From Yuukianura sp. NJ FZ-2021 (taxonomy: Eukaryota): a stretch of 64,000 bases of DNA. Below the pieces are notes generated by a model. It was not told the DNA's origin. It saw only the letters and a program-made list of their open reading frames with translations, and ran no database searches. Below are positions 11,999 through 25,177 of this stretch, in pieces. Numbering within the stretch: position 1 is the stretch's first letter; each line of letters begins with the position of its first letter. The position numbers were made by a program, and so were the translations under genes. The DNA lies in NCBI GenBank assembly GCA_046563655.1, contig CM102285.1:3906001-3970000 (forward strand). The letters are read 5' to 3'.

Positions 11999-14586
11999 TT
12001 ACAAGTCCGGAGCAACTAGAAGAAGTGGAAAAAATGGAGAATTTGTTGGCATGAAAAGCGTTACGCCTCCTTTGTAGCCGGCTGGGATTGTTACATGTGT
12101 TGTTCTTATTCTCTTAGCTATTGAATTGCTGCTGAACACTGGTATCTCCTCCAACAGTATATTTGCTACTTGGCCTAAAACAGAAAATGTGTTGATGTAA
12201 TTTCGTAAAACAGGTTTTAGTAGATCTATAGATCAATTGTAACTGTAACTTTCCTTACCTAATACATTGAGCTCGTTCCATTCTGGATTTGGGTGCCTCA
12301 TTATTTGTCTAAGGTCAGTCGTAGGTTTCTTTCTGTCAAGAATGTCTGATCGACGAACAAGAAGAACTGAAGGTGAGGTAAGCTGCGGCAAAATTGCACT
12401 CGGAGACTCCCGTTCCACTGGATTTGTAAGGAAAATTTTGTCAGGAGAAATCCCAAAGATCATTTGATGGTGCCAAGCATCTGGGATCTGTTGACCTTCC
12501 TGTACTTGCTCGGGAGTTAAAACTTGCATATTCCTTGTGACTACGGGCACAGCACCTGATAATACACCAATCGAATGTTAATACTGAAATCAAGTCGCAG
12601 GGAAGTGATTGACAGAAGCTTAAAGTACCTTTGCAAATCCAATGGAGTAACCATTTGCAGAACTTTCCAGCATCAATTCCTGGTTTCGGTTGGAAAAACC
12701 TTCCGTTGACAAGACCATTCGAGACTTGAACTGCTCCTTCCAGGAGATCTTCATGTGCTGCTCCTGCTACAGATCTCGAGAAAAGATATTCTGGGATTTC
12801 GGCTGAATTTGCTCTGAGACGTGTCTTCACACAATAGTTGACATAGGACGAGTCAATGTGATCAAATCCTAGAGCTTTCTGTAAATTGAATTAACAGAAT
12901 TCAAAACTTAACAACCAAAATAATATTTCCGGGCACCTTCGCCGCTCGAATCTGCGGTTGGCTTACCAGTACATTACAAACTGCGGTGGCTCCACAAGCA
13001 GAAATGCCGATTTGAGTCAGGCTTCGCTGGCACGCTTCTTGTTCACTCCATATCATTACTCCTCCAACTTCAAGCTCAATTGAATCCTAAAATTATAATA
13101 AAAATTAATCATTAGCCGATAGCATTACAATGGAGACTATAAAGGAAGTTTAGAGTATAAGGGAGAGAAAAAAACTTTTACGAAGACGCCTTACATCATC
13201 CGTCGACGATTTTGGCGACGTATTGATGACTGCTCGATAACAAGGCAAGGGCTCATTCTTGATCAGAGGGTCTGAATTTGAAAAACACTGATTTCTGGAA
13301 ATCCGTGGGCTGACTTCCAGTGTTGTAACGCCATGTCTATCATCATCAGTAGTAGATGAAACTTCCTGAACGCTTTGAGATCGCATTTCAGGGAGAGTAC
13401 TTGACTTGACTAATCTCATCATCAGATGTCGACTTGGTGTTCTTGTTGCGCTGTTTGGCTCCGGAGGACCAAGCTGGAGCTGAGGATTGAGATGGGAGGA
13501 ACCGGGTTGAAAATGGGTCGGTGGCGCCGCATCACGACTGCAGTGCGGCTGAGCTGACGTGGCAATAGTTGGAGTTGGAGGTGGTAGAGTTCGAGAGGAG
13601 CATGGCTGATTCCCGTATGAGGTACTACTGGTTCCCGAGTCTTTAGTAACGTCCTCCGAAAGTGCTTCAGAGTTCGTCGGCGTGGCAGGGAAGTTACTAG
13701 TAGCGGAGTTTGATCTATGGCTTGGACTCCCGCCATTTGTAGTTGGACCATCAGTAACATCTACTTCATGGCGCATCGGAGAAGAAGCTGCTGCCGACGT
13801 TCCCGGAGCTATCTCTTCATGTTGGCCAAAATTCCATACGGTGTTATTCATGTCCATATCTAAGAACAAAGGAAAACATTACTGTATTATTTTGTAAACT
13901 CGGGTGCCTGTTGGACACCACGGATGTAATGAATTGCAAATTGCTTTATGTATTTGTGTACTACAGGTTGTTTCAGCGAAACGTGGCAATGTTCAATACA
14001 GAACAGAGCCAGGTTATTAGTATACTATGTTTCTCTGATACATCCAGTATTTACCAGCTTGTCTATCTTGAGAATCTGAATGGTAGTCTTCCTCATCGTC
14101 ACCAAATCCACCAGGATCAAAGTCCATTTCCAAAAAATCCATATCTGGAGAAAAGAGGTCCCCAGCAGCTACCGGTTGACCTACTCCATTGACGCGATTC
14201 CTGCTCACAGTAACGACACTCCCATTGGAAGCGTGATGATGAGTTGTGGAAGAAGCTGACGCCGAAGGATTGAATCCCGATAACCCGTTGTATTTTGGCC
14301 GTCTTCGAGCAGGGGGCAAAGCGGAGGCGCCGCAGCTTTCGTCAGCAGAACTTAAACTGTCGCCTTGGTCGAAAGTAAAAAAGCTTGATGGTAGATCCGC
14401 TACGGCACGAGAATCCCCCTTGTACGTGTAAACGCAATACTCATCATCCGTCTCGTCATCCTGGCAAGTTTCATTTTGATTTCCATTCGCCGGATTCGAT
14501 GGTAATAATCTACTTGTAGATGAAGTAGGGTTCACATCACCACTCATTTTCGACATAGGTTGCCTACTTGAATCAGCAGCATCCAT
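11999..14586 (-). CDS. Uncharacterised protein: long disordered N-terminus plus C-terminal putative papain/C39-like domain, ~6 exons
   Basis: ORF pieces 14586-~14057, ~13860-13180, 13087-12968, ~12880-12630, ~12556-12259 and ~12174-11999 are joined by GT-AG introns. The C-terminal part has TQIGISACGATAVCNVL and DAWHHQMIFGISPDKIFLTNP. The domain call is inference. Confidence 0.8.
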
Positions 14587-16837
14587 ATTCTAAAGAGTCA
14601 TGCTGGAATGAAATACAAAAAGTGTTGTTATTATATGTACCATAACATTCATTTGGTTAAGTAAACCTTAAAGGAATAATAAGGCCAAAGGTTGAGCGAA
14701 GCGTAGTAAGTAACATTTGGTTTACATTACATATTAGATATTACATTAAACGTATGTTATGTCCATTGATGGACCTAAAATCAAAATAACAAAACATTTA
14801 TACGTCTTACTCTCCCTCCAAAAGGCACCAGTGTACAATTAGGCTTATTGACTTCTTCAATCGTTTAATCCCGTTCCTACTACTTATAGAATAAGTACTA
14901 TGTTTAATTGATTGACCTCACTTTTCCAACTCAGAGTAAATTACCAACGTCTTTAGCCCTTTTCCAGTGTCCAGTTTACTTTCAGTCTCTTCTTCTGGTC
15001 AATCAATTGATGATCTTCAAATTCAAAGAAATTCAGTCTCTAATTCAAAACTTAACTGAAATCTTTTGAGAAAAATTTCAAGTGCTGGATTACGGTTGAT
15101 GCTGCCAGGGGGTAACACCATATCGAAACACCCTAGTTACACTTACAATACACAATTGTAGAGTTTTGCAACGTCTGGAATTCTATTTAATGGGTATTAA
15201 TCTTTAATCGAAACCTTATCTAACCCCAACTTGAATAAATCAAGAACGGGTGTTACAATGAGGCGTTACAGTAACAGTAGTCGAGCGTTACATTGGGGTA
15301 TTACAATCGGCATCACTTACCTTACTCCTGCCATTTCAGGTTTTATTTGAATGGATGAATGAATGAAAATGAAACTGAATTCAAGAGTTCTGGAAATGTA
15401 AAAACAAATTGAATATGCAAATCATGGCTGAATATGGCAATTGCAAATTTATCAGCAGGGTGTTTCATAAACGGCATCATCGGTGAGAGTTGTTTGCAAA
15501 ACTGTATTAGCGGTAATCACATAATGTGATTCACATTATGATTGTTCACAGTTTACAACTCAAATTTACATTAAATTAGTTTGCTTAAATTGATTGCACT
15601 GGACTCTCGCGGACTGAACATTGCTTTAAGTAGCGTAAAAAAGTAAAGCCACCATTTACAAGTTGGTCCGTAACTTACGGAGGTGAATTCTAGTTTTGTC
15701 ATTTTATGAGTTTCGCAGTAGGATTCTAAGGATTCTAACATTAGCAATTGCCCGTTTGCAATTGCCAGTGGCAAGATGAGTCATATTTTCAAAATCAGCG
15801 GTGGACATTTGGTGCTTTTTGTTGAGTTTTCTAACGTAGCTTCAACAAAAATGTCTAACGAAGGTAATTAACGATGATATAATATATGGACTAATGAAAA
15901 ACAATTAGAAATACTATGTAATAACACTCATAAATTAATTATACATTCGGTCGGGCTCATTTTTTCACCGCATAACGGATATCAGCTGTTTGTTGGTACA
16001 GGACGGAGCGCAATGGCAAGCGGGCATACTATTGACTGAATGAATCAACAATCAACAATCAGCTGTTGAAACAAGGCGAATTTTTCAGTCTTCAGGTTTC
16101 AATTCAAATTGTGAAAGTGCTCCGCTCTTGATCGCTATAAAATTAAAATAAACATCATTCAGAATCAGAATCTGAAGTAAAATGGCACAGCTGAGTTGAT
16201 CACGAAGAAAGATAGAGAAAACGGATTAGAGATTAACGGTAATTTTATCACTAAATAAGGTCTTAAGGGATCAAATGCTTACTTTTATTACATAGTGCTA
16301 TAACATCTTGCGCTGTTTGTCGCACTTATCTTTCAGTTTCTGCCGTACTTTCGCAAAGCACGGGCACGGGGTACTACAGTCAGTACGGTCACATCCTCCA
16401 ATGCGTCGTCTTTAACGATCCGAGGTGGACGACACAACTACAATTAGGAACAAATTCACTGGGAATCTCGTCTGGGCTCACACTGCTTTGATAATGAACT
16501 TTCTTACGAACCCAAAGTTCTGTGTCCATGTTCATTGACGGTATGGTTTTTATTACATTTGATTTGAATGAGATAAATGCTGAAGTGCAACAATGTGGTT
16601 CCATTCCGTACTTGTATAACAGGGTTACTGTATGTTGCATTTTCAGGTTATTAAGTATAGCCCAAAGGGTGGATTGGATTATGTTCATATCTTCACTGGA
16701 TATCTGTTGCGGATTCAATCTACTGACGCGGTCGTTTACGAAGAGTTTCAATCGCAAAAACTACTACAACTCGTAGATGTGTCAGACTTAACATTTAAAT
16801 GCCTTCTGCGTCTACAGCAAGAGACTTTCCCAGTGTG

Positions 16838-19485
16838 ATGTCTTCATCATCCGGAAATAACATTGGAGAAGCGGATCACGATCCGACAGATACCGAACAA
16901 CTCCCTCCGGCTGCTGCCGTCACTCCCCCCACGACGTTCTTAAGTAATGGACAAAGGCTGACACTTGGAATTGTTGTGTTGATGCTTGTTGACGTGATAT
17001 GGGTGGCTTCATCCGAGTTAACTGAGGTAACCCATATAGAACATTGAAACTTAACATGGATTGGTAAGGAAATTATCCATCTGTTTCAGTACATTTTCCA
17101 TGACGAGAAATTCAACAAGCCGTTCTTCAGTACATATCTCAAGACTTCCATGTTTCTCATCTTTTTGTTCGGTTTCTTATTCTGGACTCCTTGGCAGGAG
17201 CAGTGTTGCGGATTGTCCGATTCTCGTCCTTATTCCGTAAATACAATAAGTTCAAATAGAAGTACCAATTTAGCCGGTGGAATTTGATTTTAATTTGATT
17301 GGGAATATTTCAGTTGCTATCGAGCGAGCCTACAGATACATCCTTGTCGTTGCCGCCGGATATAATGGATGATAATGCCAACGAATCTCCACTGGTACTG
17401 TTAATAAATGGCTTTGTCTGTTTCTTCCCAATTCAGTAATTCATCATTTTTGTTTATCCTTTGACAGAGCGCACCTACCTTTATTCCAATTAATTATGAC
17501 CCGAGTTCCGGCAACGATAGCAGCGACGAAACAAATCACCAGCGTTCAGTCAGATTCAATAAAATTGCAGAGGTGAGTGTACAGTATCCACAGTGAGTGA
17601 CTTGAAAAATTAGCAGTAAACTGGTGATTTGTTTTAATTTGTTAAAATAATTCTGAATTCCAGGTCAGGCATATGTCAGAATCAGAAGCAGCTGAAGCAG
17701 TCTTTGCTCGACTTTCATATCAAGCATCTATTCAGGCAGAACAACACGCGCATCGGCTGGCAAATAAGCTTGGACCTCGTCAAACTGCTCAACTCGCACT
17801 AACGTTTTGTTTCATGGTAAAACGTTTTTCTTGATTTCTAATTGATATCATCAAGGCTAATTTGTTTCGTTTTGCAGTGGTTTGCAGCCAACTACTCTTA
17901 CCAACTTGCCATTTCAAACACGGAAGCTGGGATTGTCAATGTGCTCTCATCCTCATCTAGTCTCTTTACTCTTGTGTTGGCTGCCATTTTCCCTGCAGTT
18001 GCGGCCGATAAGTTTACACTCTCCAAGTTTTTGGCCGTCTTGCTCAGCTTTGGTGGTGTCGTAAGTAGCTAACAGTTGAGACCCGTATGCACAATTTACA
18101 AGAGCTTTTGATATTTGCGTTGTTTAAACAGATTGTTGTCAGCTTCTCAGATCTGACAATTGAAAAGGCCAGCGTACCACTTGGAGCCATATTTGCGCTA
18201 GTTAGCGCCTGCTTCTATGCAGGTTACCTTGTCTTTTTGAGAAAGAAAGTTGACCACGAAGATAAAATTGAAATACCAATGTTCTTTGGTAAGCTATACC
18301 TAACTAACAGTTTAAGTCCATTTCATTGATAATCATGTTGTTTCGGTTGTATGTTGTATCTCAGGATTTGTGGGACTATTCAATCTTATGACTTTATGGC
18401 CGTTATTTTTTCTACTTCACTCAACTGGGCTGGAGGAGTTTGAATGGCCCTCTCATCGGCAATGGCTCTTCCTGATTGTAAATGGCGTCATTGGAACCGT
18501 GTTTTCAGAAGTACTCTGGCTCTGGTGAGTCCATCATCATAAATGCTATAACATTCACGACAAGTTATTTAAATCTTATTTTTAACACTACAGGGGGTGC
18601 TTCTTGACTTCGTCTCTAATTGCAACGTTAGCAATAAGTTTGACCATTCCGTTGTCAATGGTGGCTGATGTTTTACTCAAAAGGATATCTTACTCCATTC
18701 TGTTCTACGCTGGAGCCATACCAATGGTACTCTCGTTTTTCTTCGTTACCTTACTCTCGCACTACGACGGATGGGATCCAGCGTTCGACTTTTTCAAATC
18801 AGTTCAAAAGGCACTGTGGTGCCGACAAGGCGAACCACGCTATCGAAGGTAACACGTTTGTTCTACTTAACACGCAGTATTTATTGTGAAAAGAATAACA
18901 TACTACGTCAGCATTGCTTGTTGCTCAGTGATACTAATTTATGCTGCTTAAAACTAATGCAACAAGCTTTAACTTTGAGTCATTTTCGTCTGGATTTTTC
19001 AAATCGCGTTAGGATTTTTATTCTCAACCTGTTTTCTTGTTTTCATTTGAGAGCTACGCCTTTTTGCATGTGACTTTTCAGAAATCGTCGCAGGCGGATT
19101 GCATCTTCCAGGCTTCTTCGTCGAAATCTTTCTACATCTTCCTTTCCCAATAAAAAGCGATGCTAGCAACCTGCGAGTTCTTAAATACAACCATTTTTTG
19201 GCATTTTGGCTTTTGCTTAAGATCTGACGAGGTCTTTGACAATTTTCATTCACTTATTTTGCTTTGATTTTTAAAACTGAAGGAAACACCTTAATTAGTC
19301 CGATTTTTTCTTTTGAATGTGCTAGGATTTTGGTCAACGATATTGAGCAGCGCGAGTCTCTAATTGGAATTAACAGGGGCGATGAGGAAAATGGATTCCG
19401 GCAGTTACTAGACGACTCAGAATCGGACTCCGATTCTCCTATTACCATAAATCCACCACCAGCAAGTTCTCATCTTCCAATCTAA
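16838..19485 (+). CDS. SLC35F5: Solute carrier family 35 member F5 (EamA/DMT transporter), multi-exon
   Basis: [141 protein letters not shown]. Canonical splice sites. Confidence 0.93.
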
Positions 19486-20278
19486 CATCTACTTCAAATT
19501 ATTTAAATTGAACAACGTACTCCAAGACAACCAATAGAGGCTACTTTAAGCAATAAGTTCCAAAACCACCCTCTACTTTTAGAGCTTAACTCTTAAACAT
19601 TTCCAGATTGATCAAGAAAAGTCCAAACAGTATGTAAAGAATTATCGACTTCCTGCTTCCGACGTCATCCGGACGCCTCTCAATAATTCGGAGATTTCGG
19701 GGTTTTGAAGTTAAAGCACATATAGATTTTTTAAGCTTTTTGATTGGTTGTTATACGTGATCCTGATCACTGATCGTGAAACTTTATAGAGTGGATAGTA
19801 CATAGTAACCACCATATACGATGGTTACTACTGTGGACGGACTGCGGCAACTAGAACATTCCATATTTGTACATAAAGTATTCAACAGTCGACGGGATTC
19901 CGGTATCGAATCGGTTGCTAATCTAAAGTCCCATAAGTTCGTGTAATAAGTTGTTCCGAAATTGTTTATATTTTAACTTTTAATAACAAATCTCCAGTAA
20001 TAAGTTTTCTTGGTCGTCTGGTGCCAAATTATTCAACAATAAATTCGTTCAACTTTTGGTAACTCAACTTTTCTTTTCCAAAAACTTAACGTGATGACTA
20101 GTGCACTTGTATCTCTAACGTGTCAAAGTTTTAAGGAATTGGGACCCAAAAATGAAATAAGTGAAAGTGTCAAGGGCTCATTAGCATTCAAATGAAAAGA
20201 AGTGAAGCGTCCTTCACCTCTTCTTCAAAGTCCGGGAAAGAGTGGCCTAAATGTCCCATAGACCATACTTTCTTTAGA

Positions 20279-20286
20279 TATAAATA
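20279..20286 (+). promoter_or_regulatory. Probable TATA box of the small secreted-protein gene
   Basis: TATAAATA ~100 bp upstream of ATG 20380. Confidence 0.5.
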
Positions 20287-20379
20287 AGGGTCCGTGGGCC
20301 CTTGGACTTCAACAGTCGACATCACACCTCCAGACGAGTAACTCAGTCTTAAAGTCCAGCGCCAAACTCAAACTGAAAC

Positions 20380-20743
20380 ATGGGCACTTCTAAGTTGGTA
20401 AGTTTCTGTGTTCAGCATCTTTCCTATTTACTTGAGTGAATTTTGTTTTTGATTTTGAAATTCCTTATTTTTGCAGTTTATTCTCCTCGTTCTTACGGTT
20501 TCCCTTTGTGAACCTTCGCCAATTCCTACCGATGCTGCTGAAGTTCAGACGCCTGCGGAAGACAGAGTCCTTACTGCACCTTACGACATCAATCCATACT
20601 TTGGATTCCGGAAATACGGAGAACTGCGCTACGAACCACTGACACTGCCATATCTTCCAGGCTCACCAATTCCTAATCAACAATCGAATCAACCAATGCA
20701 ATACGTCCATCCATCTTCAAACTACGAGCCATCCCTGTACTAA
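20380..20743 (+). CDS. Small secreted Pro/Tyr-rich protein (94 aa), 2 exons
   Basis: Exons 20380-20397 (MGTSKL, GTAAGT donor) and 20477-20743 (FILLVLTVSLCEPSPIP...). Signal-peptide-like start and upstream TATA box. Confidence 0.75.
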
Positions 20744-23357
20744 ACTCTAAAGCCATATAATGTGACTTTGACATCTTTGTTTTCGAGTGAAAGCCATTGT
20801 AGTAAGTCAAGCAGGATGTGCAAAGTCATGCATGTCCAGAAAGTTGTGGACTCGCCCTAATGACGTGCAAAATATTGTTGACGTTATATGTTGATGCTTG
20901 TTATTTTTGTTATTTTGTATTTTCCTAACTTATTCCTGGAAGAGGACATTAAACCTTTTAATTATTTCCCATGCGTGCAATGCATTATTTTAATTTCTTA
21001 AATTTTTCATTCACGCCTGACGCCTCTGCTCTCATCACCGTAAATTTTGACGCGTTAATCTGTTTGCATTTTTTTTCTCGGACAATACAGTTCATTATAA
21101 ATTTTACTTCACAGTGATGATTTTACTATGGCCGACGTGGAAGCGTCTCATGCTTAGAATTTTCCAGAAACGACGTTCAAGAAGTTAGCGTTTTTCCTGG
21201 TTTGATATGATAGTTGATTCAAATTTAGCCTTTTACGTTTGGAGCACATTGAAATGCGCATGAGAAACTTTGAAATGAACATGCGAATTTTTTAACACTT
21301 TCTGATACAAATCAGAAACGAGTGCGAAGGTATTTTAAATTGACGTTGATACTTTAATTAATTCTGTTGGGATGTACGTCAAAACTGGAAAAGGTTAAAT
21401 TTTTTGCTCTTGAAAAGTAGAAATTTAAAGCAAATCAATGCCGGATTTGCAGGCGATATGAGTCAAGGATGTTCAAAACCAGTTTCAGACATTTCCAAAC
21501 GAGAGTTTTTCCCAAGCTTAATCACTTTTTACTTTTATTTTATTGCCAATAATACTGCGATTTAGCATGATTTGCCCCCGGTGATCGTGTGCGCTCAAAT
21601 TCAATAGCAAACAAAATAACTTTTTTGTGTTCGTGTTTTAACTAAAATGAGAACAATTTTATAATTTCATTTAACCAATACTTGACAAACTCATTCGACT
21701 TGACCTTATTCTGGGCGTAATTGTGTGAAATCAAATCGAACTGTTGGTTTTTCAACTTGTAATTTTTTCTGGCTACTTCAACCTTTTAAATTTCAGTTTC
21801 ACACGTACCTGGTGGTGGCAGAAATTAAACCTTAATGTGTGAATTTACAAATACCTTCACCAAACATAAACAATGTAACAGTAAAAAAAACTGTGTGAAA
21901 TCAATTCTCTAATTGTAGATCAACTCGACCTGAGGTGTGATGGAAATGGGATGAGGTTGTTTACTTGACGCAAGAAAAACTATTAAGTGCTTGGGAAATT
22001 ACAAAGTTTTAGACAAAGCAAGAGACAAGGTTGGCTCGCAGTCGCAAATTGGAAATTATTGGTTTGCAAAGAAAAATGCAATTTTAACGTCATTTCCAGA
22101 AAGACAACAACAAAGTGACGTCGTTTTAAGTTATGTCTGTATTGGACTCCGTAGCAAATAAGACACAAAACGATGTCTCATTGCGGATGTAAATTGACGA
22201 CATGTAATGTAAAACTCTCATGTTTAACGAGAATATTTCACTTGGAACAAAGGACAAAAATGCGTCTTTAGTTAGGTCAAGCGTTACCTCTTTTTCTGCG
22301 TTTTTGACTTTGACACTTTGAATTTCATTTGAAGCGAGAATGACTCCTAACGTATGTACTAATAGTCATCATAAATCACAGGGTAAAAAACATACTAAAG
22401 TACTTTAACATTTTAAAGTGTTTTCATTAACACTTTTAAGCGCAATGGCGTGCTTAACTTGGAAAACTTGCGATTCCAGAAACTTTAATAAGCAAAAAGA
22501 GGATTAATTAAGACAGATTCGCTAAATGATTTATGCAGATTATGTTGGCGTAGAATAAATTCTGGAGAAGGTTGATTAGTGATGGCCAAGTTGACGCTTC
22601 AATGTCCAAATGACCTTGAACTTTCTACAAATTTAAAAAAGATAAAAAATTTACTCCAGTTTTTGTTTTCAGACAAAAGCGTCTTCAACTTCCAACAAAA
22701 TCTTATCCTCCACCCGCCCCTCCATAAAAACTCGTTTTTGGTTTTCCGAAAAGCAAACTTTAATTGCTCAATTATTGAATTTTGCCTAACCATAATGCAA
22801 CTCCCACCTAAAAGATCTGGTTTCAACTAAACCAATTCATTATTCCTGGAATTTCGCCAATTTTGGACCAACTCTTTGTGGCTAATGGCCGAGTTTATAA
22901 AACGGATTGGCTTTTCGCATTAGAAAAAAACTAAAGGTGCTTATTTGTTTCTGCAATAAACTTTTTAAAAGCTTTTCCCTAAAAAAAAAGTTACATAATT
23001 TGTTTTTCCAGTTTTTCCATTTGGACACTTTTAACTATTTCTATTGCCTTTCTTCGTTATTGTCTAAAATCCACTTTGCCATTTTTTCTATTTGTCAGCA
23101 CGCCTGGCTTGAATACCTGAAAACCGGATCGCAAATATACATCCTGCTCGAACCCAATCCTCAATCGACAGCTTTTCTTAGCAGATTAGTACCGAATCAA
23201 ATGAAGTGACTACTGAAAAAATGTCTAAAAAATGCAAATTAGTAAGTCGTTTTAGTTGCGTTTACAAAGTCTAACAAACTGAATGCTTGAAGTACGTCTC
23301 CGGCGAAAGTGCTTTGCCAACTTGTCTAACCTAAAAGACCTTTAAATTTTCCTTCCT

Positions 23358-23647
23358 GGTTCCATACCGTTTCGCTGAATGAATTTTTCCGAAGGTTCTT
23401 ACTTCGAATGAATTCCTGCGAAACGATTCCCCCCAAAATTAGTTGTTGAAAAATCAAAACCTAACCTTAATAAACTTCGCGCTTCCTCAAACATAGTCTT
23501 TAGATTAGTGATATTTAACCTAAACTAAACTTAACTTTATGTTTAGACATAACGCAAACAAATTTTACCTTCAAAGAAACATTTTGGAGTAAATCGTTTC
23601 GCAGTAATTCATTCGGAGAAATTCGTTCGGCGATATGACGTGCTACC
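23358..23647. mobile_element. Degenerate Mutator-like MITE (GGTTCCA / GGTAGCA ends)
   Basis: Imperfect subterminal inverted repeats (CGAATGAATTCCTGCGAAACGATT vs AATCGTTTCGCAGTAATTCATTCG). Degenerate 9-bp flanks TTCCTTCCT / TTTCTTCTT. Internal AACCTAACCT. Confidence 0.6.
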
Positions 23648-24026
23648 TTTCTTCTTAGTATCGCGCTTAGCAAGGTCAACTGACCGCCGATGCTGGGAAT
23701 TTTGGATTTAGCTAGAAATCGTATCTACATCTCACGACTCCGTGTCAGCTAGCACCTACCCACCTAAAATCCAACCCAAAAGCAGATCTTTGCACAGATC
23801 AAAACTAATGCAAAAGTACCTAAGCCCATTTCGACTCCTTGGGAAACAATGGAATTTACCCTTTGTGTCACTATAGAGTATTCGGCATTTTCCTCCTCCT
23901 TGAACCACGTTATGGAAATAAGTTTATATAACTTGGAAATAAAAATTAAACAAAAGGCATGAGATTTTTGGAAATTACGCCATCGTGGCATAGAGTCATT
24001 TTAAACGCCACAACAATCCAAGATCG

Positions 24027-24034
24027 TATAAATA
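24027..24034 (+). promoter_or_regulatory. Probable TATA box of the glycine-rich protein gene
   Basis: TATAAATA ~100 bp upstream of ATG 24129. Confidence 0.5.
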
Positions 24035-24128
24035 CAAGCGAAGATGCAGTACTCAGATTAGTAATTGTTTGGAACTACTCTACAATTCACACCTTCAGTT
24101 ACACCCGTTCCCAGTACTAATTTTCACA

Positions 24129-24685
24129 ATGAAATACTTTGTAAGTGAAATACTTTTGAAACAAAGCATTTACAATCCTACGAAAATCCAGGATCTAGAA
24201 TACGTTCCAAAACTTGAATTTCAAAATTTCCAACTTTTTCAAAAAAAAAAAAATTCTAGCAAGGAAATCAATCGATTCTTTTACAAATCTATTTCAGGGA
24301 GTTTTGGCCTTGTTCCTGCTGGCGACCATTTTGGCCGTAGCGTTCGGTGCTGAAGAGGAAAAAGAGGATTTAGTTGGTGCTGAGCAATTCTATGGTGGTT
24401 ACGGCCGCGGATACGGAGGTTATGGTGGTTACGGACGTGGTTATGGAGGCTACGGTGGTTACGGACGTGGGCACGGAGGTTTCGGGGGTTACGGAGGCTA
24501 TGGCGGATACGGAAGTAAGTTAACTAGCATTACCATTAACTCAAGTTTTTTTACTGAAAAAAAGCGTTCATAAAAACGTAATTGCGTCATTGGAATTACA
24601 TTACTAATTTGTGTGTGCAGGAGGTTATGGTGGTTACGGAGGATACGGACGTGGATATGGAGGATATGGTGGATACTTCGGTTAA
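24129..24685 (+). CDS. Secreted Gly/Tyr-rich protein (GGYGRGYGGY repeats; cuticular or antimicrobial-like), 3 exons, 97 aa
   Basis: Exons 24129-24140, 24298-24514 and 24621-24685 sum to 294 nt. MKYF|GVLALFLLATILAVAFG signal peptide, acidic pro-segment EEEKEDLVGAEQF, then YGG repeats. Confidence 0.9.
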
Positions 24686-25177
24686 ACTTAAACACATTCC
24701 TTCAAACTCCGAATCCTGTCTCAACTATTTGTATCTTCAATTCATGCCAAATTAATACCGAAGAATGGACGAAAATTTTGATATTATCCAAATTTTATAA
24801 AGCTTGTTAAGGACTTTCATTTATATACATTGAAAAAGAAGAAGCGTGGACTCATTGTACAAATAAATGTGTGTGATACTGACAACTATGAGAAAAAGAA
24901 GTGTAATGTATTTTAGTTTTGAATTGATTCCTTGAATTGAATAGGATTTTCTACAACTCGATTAAAGTTTAGAAAAACAAAGAAATCTACGATGGTAAAG
25001 AAACAAGAGAAAAAATGTTGAAATTCAAGGCGTGAATACGGACTAAAAAAATTAACGCACATATTAGTTGCGTGTTACTAAACACCAACAAACACTGGTA
25101 AGTTAGACTAATACCTTACGAATTCAGAACGCTCGAAATCAACAGAACAGGCAGAGAGAGATATGACGACCTTGAGT

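Noticed and set aside
16389..16838. Overlapping ORFs upstream of SLC35F5
   Set aside because: No motifs. Most likely 5'UTR or intron sequence.
21000..23300. AT-rich intergenic stretch with short ORFs and a repeated GTGTGAAATCAA
   Set aside because: No clear TIR/TSD pair or coding signal that I could establish.
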